DNA of 64,000 nt from Octopus sinensis (Eukaryota): assembly GCF_006345805.1 (NCBI RefSeq), contig NW_021833025.1, positions 1 through 64,000 of the forward strand, given 5' to 3'. The notes below the pieces were generated by a model. It saw only the letters and a program-made list of their open reading frames with translations. It did not search any database and had not been told where the DNA came from. The translations under genes were made by a program, and so were the position numbers. Within the stretch, counting starts at the first letter, position 1; the number at the start of each line of letters is the position of its first letter. Below, one piece after another: positions 13,001-24,613 of the stretch.

Positions 13001-13378
13001 CAGAAGGGGATTCACGACCTGGTGGCTACGAGGGCAATCAGATGTCTTGGAATAAACAAGCTTCTGGGACGCCTTCCGCCGCCAATTAATAAGATCGAAT
13101 CCTCCCTCTCAAGAGAAGCCCGAGTGAACTTGGCTCGTCTCCGCTGTGGCCACCATACTGGCCTACACGATTATCGCATAAAAATCGGTCTTGGTGAAAT
13201 AACCCCTTCCTATTCCCTCAACGACCTTTTCTCCTGTCCAGGCCCGCCTTCTACTTCCTCGGAACACCGGATCACGATCGGGGATCTTTGGGAGCGTCCG
13301 ACATTGGCCCTAACGTTCTTGTTAGCCACCGGCTTCCTTCAATTGAAGGGGCCGGGGGTAAATAAATAAATAAATAAA
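10083..13378 (+). mobile_element. Near-intact Vingi/Ingi-like LINE (APE + RT, no RNase H seen), one frameshift near 11440
   Basis: APE motifs (LNING, GDFNAHH, PDITL, DH), RT motifs (PQGSVLSP, YADD) and C-terminal ARLRCGH. (TAAA)5 tail at 13359-13378. 14-bp TSD TAAGAGCACATGCG at 10069-10082 and 13379-13392. Confidence 0.9.
10257..10280 (+). other. 2A-like ribosome-skipping motif DVEQNPGP
   Basis: LLLIRCGDVEQNPGP matches D(V/I)ExNPGP exactly and lies just before the APE domain. Confidence 0.85.
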
Positions 13379-13399
13379 TAAGAGCACATGCGTTTCTAA

Positions 13400-14420
13400 T
13401 TCGTAACTTCAAGTTGTTTACTTCTTCTATCATGTAGAAAGCAGACAACTATTACTGGTAGCTCCCAGAGATGCCGTGTGGTAATGCCGAAAGGGGAAGA
13501 TAGTGGGGATGGAAAAATGAAGATATGGCAGATATCATATTTAACTGAAACACAGTTTGGGGTTCCATTCAGACCATGTTTGAGAAATAAATTTTTATTT
13601 ATTCAACCTTATTCCCTCCCTGAATTGAGAGGGAATACGCCACGAAATAAATCGACAAACCTCTTAGGGTCACACCATAAGTCAAAAATAAAGTTAATCT
13701 TGTATGATTTTCATAAGGCGGTGGGGTTTTTGAATTCTAGGTGTCTTACTGTGTATCATTCGTCAAGGCAGATTGGACAGGTCGGATCAAATTTTTGTCC
13801 AGCTTGTTTTGGTAGTTGACGAGTGAAGTATAATGCCTTGCAAGTTCAATCTGATCTTATGGAGAGATCCTTTTCAGCTGTGTTTATTTTTGCAGGGGGA
13901 TTGTTGATGATAGTGTTTACTTAATGTTCGATGGTTTTTTATTAATGAATGAATTTAGGATACAAAAGTGAAGTCATGGGGTGTTTTTGATGTTCCCATC
14001 AGGGGTTGGTATTGTAGTGAGATTTCGACTTTGATGGTTTTTGGTCATACTTGCGGAGGCGAAAAATTGGGTCAAAATGGTCTGCTAGTTTGATTGTGTT
14101 GGTTTCCTGATGCATATGGTAAGTCGGAGTAGATTTCATACAATCCGTAATGATTCTGAGTGCTTGGTTTTGAATTTATTGTAATTTCTGAAAGAGTGTT
14201 TCCGACAAAGAGAACGCCCATTATATTGAAAGTATATATTGTTTGTATAGGAATGTAAGGTATTCTTTATTTTGTCTAAAGTCGGTTTCTGTGGGTGAAC
14301 GGAAGGCATTCATTTTACATTTGCATTTATAAGTCAGGTTTTCAATGTGATGGAGAAATTATGGATCTGTGTTTGATGATGTGATCGTAATATCATCTGC
14401 TTATAAGAACAGAAATACAT
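13400..14420 (-). mobile_element. Old, internally deleted Vingi-like copy
   Basis: Minus frames give ADDITITSS, IQNQALRIITDCMKSTPT and ITTRHLWELPVIVVCFL, homologous to the intact copy. Confidence 0.65.
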
Positions 14421-14845
14421 TTTTAGTGGTATAGAATGTCACTTAGGTAATTATTGAAAAATGTAGAGAATAGATGTCCGGCATACTACATTGGGGAGGA
14501 TGCAAGTACAGTGGATTTTTTAAAGAAAATTTAAAATAATTTTCGTGATAGGATTAAAATGTCTCACATCAATACTTAATTCGAATTTGTTAGACATATT
14601 CTTGTTTAGTTCCCTAAAACGATATCTGAGGTTTCTGACCAAGACGTGTTGTGTTTGAGGTTGTCGCGAGTTTTTAATAATCATTCGATCTGAAAAATTT
14701 GCAAGAACCTTGTTTATCCAAAATGGAGTAATTAATATTTCGGATAAAACAAATAAAGTCAGTTATTTTTTCAAATCAAATTTTATTTTTTTTATATAAT
14801 AATTAAATAAAAACTAATTAACAGTAACGTGGTTGTTTTTTGGCA

Positions 14846-15068
14846 ATGTCTTCTGCTTCATTATTAAGATACTATCTTGAAGATGGGAAAAGAGTATATA
14901 CACTTAATGTATAAATATTTGTTTTATTTTTAGGAAAGAAAGAAATCTGGTGATATGACATTATCTGCTCATCCAGCAAAATTTACAGAAACAGACAAAT
15001 TTTCCAGACATCGAATGATTATTAAAAAACGTTTCGGATTGCTTCCTATCAATGATACAATCTTGTGA
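14846..15068 (+). CDS. NOP10: H/ACA RNP subunit Nop10
   Basis: Exons 14846-14908 and 14934-15068 with a 25-nt intron. The 65-aa product contains [28 protein letters not shown]. Confidence 0.95.
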
Positions 15069-15206
15069 CTTTCTTTTAAAGTTTTTGATTTTTTTTCAAT
15101 AATATTTTTTGTATGGCTAAGTAGTGGTTATGTCTCTTATAGTAGGAAAAAACGGATCAGATAAATTTTGGGGCATACTATACCAATTTCAAGTCATTTG
15201 TCTATT

Positions 15207-17822
15207 TATATACAGTCAAATTAATTAAAAGCGAATTAATGTCGTGAACTTGAGGGTTAGTCCGACGACGAAGCACTGCGGATAGAGAGGCAGTTCCCGC
15301 GAAGAATTGCAACCGAGATGCGCTGGAAAAGCCAGCTCGTCTCCCTCCGGTCATTTGTATTCTGTGAGATTCTTCCTCCCACAACCCGTAACAGATTTTC
15401 TACCTTCTTTCCAACCACACCGGAGGTCTCAAAGGCTAGGGGGACAAACTCAACGACGTTCGGAAGCACAGCGTACTTCGTCAACTTCCTTTCTTCTGCC
15501 AGCGCACATGCGTAGCCTGGTGTACTGGCTGTTCCTGTGAGCACAGTATCTGAAAAGGAGTCGACGCAAGTTACATCCCAAACAAGAGACCTTCCTCCTC
15601 TAAAGGGAAATTAGTCATCCCGTCAGGACGCTTTCCGTCACTGCGGCAGAGCCCAATAGGTTCAAGGGTCGATGGGAATCCCGCAGAATCCAAAGCCCTT
15701 TTCACCACTTCATTGAGGAGGACGTGGCGGGGAAATCGGCCAGCACTCCTCCTACAGGACAATGCGTGTAAACCGTTCGAAGGAATCAAAAAACCACAGC
15801 GACAACGGTGAGGTTGGCAGATTTCAAGTCCAAGTCGAAGACACACTCCGATACGTATAGTTTCGTCTTCCATAAGCAGACCATTGGACGCCAACGGAAG
15901 TGCGTTTAGCCAGTCTCCTGAGTGAGGCTGACAGGCACAGTTCAAAGAAGCCAGTTCCAACTGGTCGACTCGCGTGCGAAAACTCTCCAACAGGTGTGTG
16001 CACCAGATGACATCCCAACTCTTCTGTATTGAAGGAATCTCCGGAAGGCCAAGTCCGAGCGATCTCCAGGCGAGAACAGCAACAGGGTATTCCGTAAGCT
16101 CATCAAGTTCGAGTGAGTTGATAAGAACAGAGCGAACGAAATTGCCGGAAGCAGACATCGACGAGAGATAACAAGGCAAAGCAAGATCTGCACAAGAACG
16201 AACCCCAAGGCCACCAAAGCGGAGTGGAAGTGCGGCACGTGTACGTCCCACGTCAGTGAACAAAGTGTTCAGTAGTAACTGTAATGATGATGTAACCGCG
16301 TCATCCAAATCCAAAGTTTCTTGACGTGAGCGAAAACAAGGAGACGTTCGGAGCAAAAAGATTAAACGGGGGTAAAAAAGAAAGTTTTTCAGCAAAAACA
16401 GCCCCAGATGGGAGCCAAACAGTCGTAATCGGTCGCAGAGAGGAGCAATCTTATCTCGTTGTGAAACGATAGCCTTCGCAATTCCCTTATCAGAAATCGG
16501 TGAACCCAGAATCACAAGATCCGCGAGAGCGGTTATACGAAGGCCGTCATTTTCTCCGAAAGGGCCATAAAAACCTCACTCTGTCGGGTTAGCGGCTCCG
16601 TAAGTCCGATTAGTTCACATTTTGCACCATTTAGAGCAGTGGTTCTCAAACTGGGGTACGCGTACCCCTAGGGGTACGCGAAATTCTGTAGGGGTGTACG
16701 CGAAAATTTTTTGAAAATCTATTTAATTTTCGTTTCAACATAAAAAAGTTATTAATTCTAATTATAATAAAAATCATAATTAAATTAAATAATTAATAAT
16801 AAAATAAATCTCCACGCTACTAGTTTTTCTTATGAGTTTACCTGTTAACAAGATTCGAAAATACAACGATAGTTATCTCAACTATGGATTTATTTTGTGA
16901 TTAAACGGTGTGCCACATCCGCAGTGTATTATTTGCCAAAAGATTCTTTGCCCTGAATCCATGAAACCTTCATTACTTTCTCGGCATCAAGTTTCTAATC
17001 ATTTCGAAACTATCGGAAAACCAAATGACTTTTTTAAGAACAAAAAAGATAATATTCGGAAAATAGACGATTCTTTCAATTTTGACATTAATTTTTTACT
17101 ATCAAAACTCTCTTACATGATTTCATATCGGATCGCAAAAGCCAAAAAACCACATACAATTGCCGAGAATCTTATTATACCGTGCATTAAGGACATGTTT
17201 GAATGTTTCCCTGGCAATAAATTGGAGCATATTGTTCGAAAAATTCCATGTTCAAATGATACCGTCAATAGAAGAATACGAGATCTATCCGAAAACATAA
17301 AAGAACAAGTTATTTTCTGGTTAATTATATTAGGTCATTACTGAAATAAAAAGTGCTGCCTTTAAAAAATTTTCAATTCAATTGGATGAATCAACAGATG
17401 TAGCAAATTGCTCTCAGTTACTCGTTTAAAAATCGATAAGGGGTACGCGAAAAATTATTTAGATGGCAAGGGGTACGCAAGGAAAAAAAGTTTGAGAACC
17501 ACTGATTTAGAGAAAGGCCAATCTTCAAAAATTCAGATATTATCTTCGAGGCGTCGTCCATAATGACTTCTAAAGGCCCACCAAGAGTGACGTCATCCAA
17601 ATACCAAAAATTGATAGGCGAAGAAATGCCACGTGCAACGTGATCAACACAGACAGCGAATAATAGAGGACCGAGGGGGTCGCCCTGTTGGATTCCACAC
17701 TCAGAGTTGATAACTTTTCCGGAAAAAAGTAAGCTGCTCGGCAAGGAATAAGCCAAGGATACAATTGGGAGAAGATCAGGGCAACGTTCACCAACAGCCT
17801 CAAGCAAAAAAAAAAAAAAAAA
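15207..17822 (-). mobile_element. CRE-clade retrotransposon, 5'-truncated, interrupted by a hAT; A18 run at the 5' junction
   Basis: QQGDPLGPLLF, YLDD, CRCG..HALSC..RH, DGKRPDG and ETSWLFQRISVAILRGN motifs. 11-bp TSD ATTTGTCTATT at 15196-15206 and 17823-17833. Confidence 0.9.
16637..17504 (+). mobile_element. Internally deleted hAT (Buster/Charlie, ZBED5/FAM200-like transposase N-terminus)
   Basis: TIR CAGTGGTTCTCAAACT at both ends. 8-bp nnnTAnnn TSD ATTTAGAG. ORF contains PQCIIC..SMKPS..KKPHTIAENLI..SNDTVNRRI. The CRE reading KIGLSLN/GAKCELIG rejoins across the insertion. Confidence 0.95.
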
Positions 17823-17834
17823 ATTTGTCTATTA

Positions 17835-17960
17835 TGAACTTCAAATTTATAATTACAAAATTCAAATGACAATTGCAAAATTCAAATTTACACCTACGAA
17901 CGTCAAATTTCAACCGCAAAAATCAAATTTTCAAGTACAAACTTCAAATTGTATAAATCA
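17835..17960. repeat. CAAATT-rich subrepeat block, inverted copy at 20905-21065
   Basis: 37 bp at 17911-17947 is the exact reverse complement of 21009-21045. Confidence 0.7.
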
Positions 17961-18018
17961 AATTTATGATAACTAACTTCTAATAAAAAAATTATTTATA
18001 CAATAAAGAAACTGTTAT

Positions 18019-20806
18019 ATCTGTAAAAGATTTCCTCTTGTCGGTTGCCCGAGCTAAAAGAGTCCGCTCTATCCCAGTCAAAATTCCTAAGGCTGCTCGG
18101 ATTCTCGCGGCCGACACATTATCTTCCGTTATTAACAATGCACTTACTTCCAACGACCCATCAAGTTGAAACCATCTTTTCTGTTTCGGAATCATGGCCT
18201 TAGGCCTCCCTAAAGAGGCTACCCCCAAGCAGCCCAAAGGCCATAACATTCATTCCATTTCTAATTCCTCCCGATTTAAAGCCAATATTTCCGCCTATAT
18301 GTAATGCCCCTCGGATTTCTCCAGTTGGTTAGGTGTCCCCGCCAAGGCCCAACCTAAAAGCAAGAAACACCAGCCACGCGCCCCACAAAACGACGAGACA
18401 ACCAACCGCGACTCCATACGCTTACGTGAACGTGTTAACGCCCAACTATTAGAAGGAAATGTTGCCGGTGCTGTCCGTGTCTTGGCATCCGATGCCAAGG
18501 CGCTCGAAATAACTCCCCAAGTTCTTGCAGAACTACAAACGAAGCACCCCAATCCTCCGGATGACCAACGGCCCTTTATCGCCCATTCTGACCTTCCAAA
18601 CTCTCATGCCTCTAAAGAGGAAGTTCTCGATGCCATTAATTCTCTGGCGACAGGTAGTTGTGGCGGCATAGACGGTCTCCGCCCTGGGCACGTCAAAGAT
18701 ATGCTATCAAATCATACCTGTCAGGCCGGTCAGCGCCTTCTATCTTCTCTAACGGCTCTTACGAACAGAATCCTGAATGCCGAAATTCCTGAACACGCCC
18801 GCGACTTATTTTTCGCTGCCAATCTCACTGCACTCCGGAAAAAAAGAAGGCGGCATTCGCCCCATCGCAGTGGGCTGTTTCTATCGCCGGTTGGCCTCCA
18901 AAGTTGCTTGCAGGCAAGCCACAAAGTTATTGGGATCTGAATTACGCCCAATACAACTTGGAGTCGGTGTCAGTGGCGGCTGTGAAGCCGCAGTCCATGC
19001 AACAAGGCAGTTCATCTCTGCCTCGCAAAATCAACCGAATAATCCTCATCTTTTAATCAAACTGGACCTGATTAACGCTTTTAACAGCGTCCGTCGTGAC
19101 GTAATCTTTGAATCCATCATCCGTCGTTCACCTTTTATTGCTCGTCTGGTCGCTTTGGCCTACGGTCGACCCAGCCTCCTTATCGCTGGCGACCACTCAA
19201 TCTCTTCCTGCAACGGGGTCCAACAAGGCGATCCTCTGGGTCCTCTCCTTTTCGCCCTGGCAATCGATCCCGTTGCCAGAAGTGTATCCTCCGTTTTCAA
19301 TGCTTGGTATCTGGACGATGCTACTATCGGAGGTACACTCGAATCCGTTCTCGACGATCTGAGAACTTTAATCCCGGCATTACACGCAATTGGCCTCGAT
19401 ATCAATCCCCGAAAATCTGAAATCTTTAACATCAGTTATGATACTCACCGTTTCTCTGTTCCCCATTGTTCTATCGAGTCATTACTTCCTAACATCCATG
19501 GCACTTCGCCCGGAAATCTCAAGATTCTGGGTTCCCCGATTTTTCACTCCGGTGTTGTTTCTACCTTATCAGAAAAAACATCAAACCTTGCGTCAATGTC
19601 CTGTAATCTTGGTATCATCGATTCCCATTCGGCCCTGTTCTTATTGAGGAACTGTTTCGCCATTCCTAAACTACTGTTTACCCTCAGAAGCGCACCATGC
19701 TTTGCCAATCCCGAGAGTCTTTCCAGATTCGACCATGCTCTTAGGACTTGCCTCGAATCAATATGTAATGCACCATTCGACGATCTTGGCTGGGAACAGG
19801 CAATACTCCCTATCAGTCATGGCGGCATCGGTGCGCGCTCAGCCACTGACCTTTCTTTGCCAGCATTCCTTTCCTCCACACATGCCACGAGCACCCTTGT
19901 CCAAGAGATTCTCCAACCCTTTTCCGAATCAGAGTCAGTCGCCGCAAAAAGCCGCTGGCTTGGGTTGTCTCTTGAGCTCCCTCAGAATCCGCACGCACAG
20001 GTCGAATGGGACAGGATCCTCTGCGACCAGAAGTTGAACAACCTCAAGCCTAAGCTTAACCAACATCGCTTGGCTTGTTTATTGGCTGCCTCGCAACCAT
20101 ATTCGGGGGCTTGGTTGACCGCCATCCCAATGGGTTCTATTGGAACCTTATTGGACGATGATTGCCTGAGGATCGGCATATCATTGCGCCTAGGACTGAA
20201 CGTATGCCGGGAACACCGGTGTCGCTGTGGATCGACCGTTGACCCCTTTGGATTGCACCCGTTATCGTGCCAAAGAAGTTCCGGACGCTTCCCTCGACAT
20301 ACTGCTCTGAACGACATAGTCAAGCGGACTCTGGAAACTGCCGGATTGCCTTCACAGCTGGAACCGGTCGGGCTGGCTCGGGAGGATGGTAAACGTCCTG
20401 ATGGTCTAACGACCTTCCCATTTGAGAATGGCAAGTCTCTCATCTGGGACGCTACTTGCACGGATACCTTCTCCGCCGGGAACATCTTGACGTCAGCTTC
20501 AGAGCCGGGCTCCGCAGCCAACCTGGCCGAAACGCTAAAAATCAAGAAATACAGTGCATTATCTCACCGCCATATCTTTGCCCCGATCGCAGTGGAGACA
20601 TCGGGAGTCCTCGGCCCCAGAACTAAAAAATTCCTTATTAAACTAGGGGATTTGGCAAGCAGAAGAAGAAATGATCATCGGGAACGGACATGGCTTTTCC
20701 AACGCATATCAATAGCCATCATGCGTGGGAATTGCCATTCCATCTTATCCTCTGCTGTAATTAAATACTAAATAACAGATTCAAATATGATAATTTAATA
20801 ATATTT
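18019..20806 (+). mobile_element. CRE-clade retrotransposon, 5'-truncated, RT + RLE
   Basis: GGIRPIAVG, QQGDPLGPLLF, YLDD, CRCG..HPLSC, RPDG and FAPIAVET motifs. 13-bp TSD AAGAAACTGTTAT at 18006-18018 and 20807-20819. Frameshift at A7 (18839-18845) and two upstream stops. Confidence 0.95.
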
Positions 20807-20834
20807 AAGAAACTGTTATTTACTAGAAGTTAAC

Positions 20835-20903
20835 AAAGCCATCTATTCGAAGTGGACCCCGCCAACATAATTGACGTTGCGTTGCCTCTCACGATAGCAA
20901 CGG
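20835..20903 (-). mobile_element. CRE 3'-end stub
   Basis: Minus frame reads SVAIVRGNATSIMLAGSTSNRWLC then a stop. Confidence 0.6.
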
Positions 20904-21329
20904 ATTGTAATTGAAAATTTCAAATTTACAATTTTGAAATTCAAGTTTGCATTTTATCAAATGCCATTTGAAGTTCGTGCGTGTAAATTTGATTTTTGCG
21001 GTTGCGACTTGAAGTTTGTACTTGAAAATTTGATTTTTGCGGTTGACATTTGAGGTTTCAAATGAACAATCGAATAAACTTAATGAAATTTTTTAAAGAT
21101 TGAGAAGATCTCGTCATGCTACTCGATGAGGCTCTGAATAAAACGAAATGAAAAAAAACTGTCAGGGTTCTGACTTATTGTGCTGAACATGTTTTATCAT
21201 GAAAAATGAAATCTAATAATAATAAAATAATTTACTTAAGTCATTAAACAAGAATTAGCACACCATAAGAAAATAGGAAAATTGATTTACTATTACAATT
21301 AGTAAAACAAATATTAGCAGAAAATGTAA

Positions 21330-21933
21330 TTAAGGAAGTTTGATTGCTTTTGCCCAGGGGTTTGATATGTTTTTGTTTCTTTGTCTACATCTAATGTTTA
21401 GTTGTCCGTTAAAATCCATTCCCCGGATATCCTCTAGTGTGTCTTCAGTGATTGCCTTTGGGTAATAAAGGAGACATTTAGCTGATTTTGTTCGAATTGA
21501 CTTTTTAAGAACTGATCTTGTCAAGTCCACATTGGGCAGTTTAGTGCTTGTCAGGTTTAGACCAGTATCAACCTTTAAATAAACAAATGTTTTTACTTTA
21601 GCTTTAATGTGGTCATAATTGCCAGATATATTACCAATAAATAGGTTTGTTGAGTTATAATCTTTTTGATATACTGATACTTTCCTCGTTTTCATTTCAA
21701 AACTATCCAAGGGAAGAATAGACATACTCTGAAAAATATTAAAGAATAAAAATAATGACTGATTTCAGCTTTGGTTTTACTGATTTTGGTCTTGAATCAA
21801 AAAGCCTATAATCGTCTCGATAGGTAGTTTCTTCGGAATGCTTTGGTGGATTTGCTCTCATAAACCGTTCGGTTTGAAATACTTGTGATTGATATATTAT
21901 TGGTTGTGCGCTCGAATCATAATTATAATACAT
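21330..21933 (-). CDS. Two-exon protein with Mn/SAXO-like motifs (possible microtubule-binding protein)
   Basis: A 31-nt GT-AG intron joins the two ORFs in frame. ETTYRDDYR and SVYQKDY resemble SAXO/MAP6 Mn repeats. Confidence 0.45.
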
Positions 21934-22316
21934 TTCTCACTTTAGCGTCGGTTGAGAGCTTATAGTTGAATTAATAGAAAATCAGTCATGCCAATAAATC
22001 CAATTAATTGACGTCAAGATTGGTTGCCGAGATCCATATTAAAAACTTTAGATTTGTTCATTTCTATTGAATATAGATAGTTTTTATTTGTATGCAACCA
22101 GTATTTTAGTAAAATTATTAAATTTTTTTAATATTCATCAAGGATGTAGATTCATAAGAATTAACTTAAACGGACAAGTTTTGATATCGAAAAATTGGAA
22201 AAAAATTTAATTAAATCAATTTTTTCGATTCGATTATAAAATACAATTTTCGTTCGATTTATTTTAAAGGATGTTTCTATGTGATAAACAATAAATAAGA
22301 TATTCGATTTTTAAAT

Positions 22317-23740
22317 TATACGTTTATCTGAGGAGCTTTAACATCTAAACCGCAACCATTAGGGTTAATTCCTAAATATTTGCGGTAAAGCTCAAAATAT
22401 GGACGTTTAACCTGGAAGCATTCGCGTTTGAACTGTAAAAAAGAGATCAAATCATGTAAAAATTCACTTTTGCTGTCAATAATGTTTATCGGTTTTTATA
22501 CACGCTCTCAAATCGATTTGTTTAGAATCTAACTTTATTTTTTCAATAAATATTTGAATAATTCTTTTACGCTAATAGTAAAGTCACATAATTTTCCTGA
22601 AGTTCTAATGAAATTTCATTAAATTTTCCAAAAATCTTAGTCAAATGAAAAATTTCTTTCTTTTCGATACAATTAAATCTGCTAAATTTTTATCACCCAC
22701 AAGAGTTAGAAAATTTACGATTGTGTCAACTAATATTGAAAATCGTTCTAGCGCATTTCCCCTTGATAACCATCGTACCTATCAAATAAAATTGGAGACT
22801 ATAACTTCGGTGTGAAGCATCAGACGGACATATGTTTCTTTAGTTTCATAACAAAATTTTCTAAAACGACAATCATACTTGCTGTTTGCTTTAATTTTAT
22901 GTAGTGAATAGATTAAGGCAGTTTATGTCTAAAACTGCAGAGTTCCAAGCTCAAGAGAAAACCCGGTTCTTTTCCAATCCGTGAGAGTAACGTAGGATTT
23001 TGATGATGAGGACATGTGAATTGGCGCGTGAGGAGAGAAAGGTAGGGAGGACCATATCCAGCGGCGAACGTACTCCAACTACACCAAGGCGTAGAGGTAA
23101 TTTTGCAACTAGTCCATTCAACTTCGTCAAAGCATATGTTTAGAATTTTTTCAGAGGCCAACTTCAGAGAAGTATCGAAGCGACTTTAGCAGCCAGTCTT
23201 CTGAGGACGTTGCCAATAACAATAGGACGTATCTCACCGTCTTTTTTGCACTAAAAAGGAGCTCTCTAACGATCACAGGAATGTCTCCTTTGATCATGTG
23301 GTGGACCAAAGCAGTAAGCACCCCACTCAGAGACCAGCCAGCCTCATGGCCGGAGCCCGAAACCAAGTCCTTTAGATGGGTAGGACGTAGGTCGTCGAAT
23401 GCCCCCATTGAAAGAGGAAATGCATGCGAGGATCTCTTCCATAAGTACTTTCTTTGAAACCAAATGGTGTCTATGTAGAACGCAATGTATATAAATCACA
23501 TTTGGACTATTTTTTTAATTATGTTGCAAATCATTTATACTTCCAGACCATAGACATTGCACTGTTCCCCAAGAAACCAAATTTTCACATGGAATCTTTT
23601 TGCCATCCAAAAATAATTTAACTACAGAAAAATAGAAAATCCAGTCGTATCAGTTTCTAAATATTTGATCCTTAACGCTAATATTTAGGAATTAACGCTA
23701 ATGGTTGCGGTTTTGACGTAAAAGCTTGGAAAACGCTATA
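22317..23740. mobile_element. Decayed TIR element (MITE-like) with ~80-bp imperfect inverted ends
   Basis: AAACCGCAACCATTAG(G/C)GTTAATTCCTAAATATT is shared in inverse orientation at ~22347-22380 and ~23680-23713. TATA lies at both outer edges. Confidence 0.45.
22960..23440 (-). mobile_element. Multiply deleted CRE remnant
   Basis: DDLRPTHLKDLV..LTALV..IPVIVRELLFSA and LRLGVVGVRSPLDMVLPTFLSS match the CRE RT region. Confidence 0.7.
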
Positions 23741-24613
23741 TATAAGAGTTGACAAGCACAATATGTAGAAAAATCTAAAAAGCTTGCCCCTATTGTTATG
23801 TGTGATGAAAGAAAGTTAATTCTCTGAAGATATTTTTCATATAAAATGAAAAATGAAGAGTGCAAATATTTAAACATTTTATCAAATAATCTCGAGCAAT
23901 AAACGCTAAAATGGGGTTAAACTCATTTATTTTTGAAAAAATAATGCCCCTTGCCATAGCTAGCGAGTAATAACAGAATATATAAAAGATATAAAATATA
24001 AAATTCTTGATTGGCCGTTTTAATCACTTAGTCTCAATCTAATTGAGTATATTTTGGTAATGATAAAGACTAAATTATTGCAAAAGCTGCCAAAAAAACT
24101 TGAATTATTTGGAAATAAAATTATTAGGAACATGGGAATCAATACTGATAAAATACCCAGAACATTTAATTTAATTAACCAAGAAGCATAAGCTTAATAA
24201 ATTGTAATATTATTATTAAAAGCACTCCCGAGAAGTCATAAAACTAATTAAGCTTCCCTTGTGCCGCGTGAACAACAATACTGTCCCACAAACCTTCTCC
24301 AGGTGCCTCTCCTCTTTTCCAATTCTCTCAGGTTGTCGAGATCATCAGCAGTGTTAAAGCTCCCAAATGAAAACGTAGGGGACGTCGCAAAAGTTGTAAA
24401 ACGCAAAAAAGACGTATCCAAAACAGACAGAGGTACGTCACCACCTCAACCAAAATCTAGACGAGATAAATTGTAAACAAAAACTTAAAACACAATTTTG
24501 AGCAAACTCTTTAATCAAGTATTCTTTACTGTAAATAAATAATCTTTTACTGTATTTAACAGTTATTTTTCAATAATATTACTTTATAATAGATTGGAGC
24601 GATTGTTCGTTGT

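Noticed and set aside
10055-20545. Many short ORFs overlapping the LINE ORFs on other frames and strands
   Set aside because: They are shadows of GC-richer retrotransposon coding sequence with no independent motifs.
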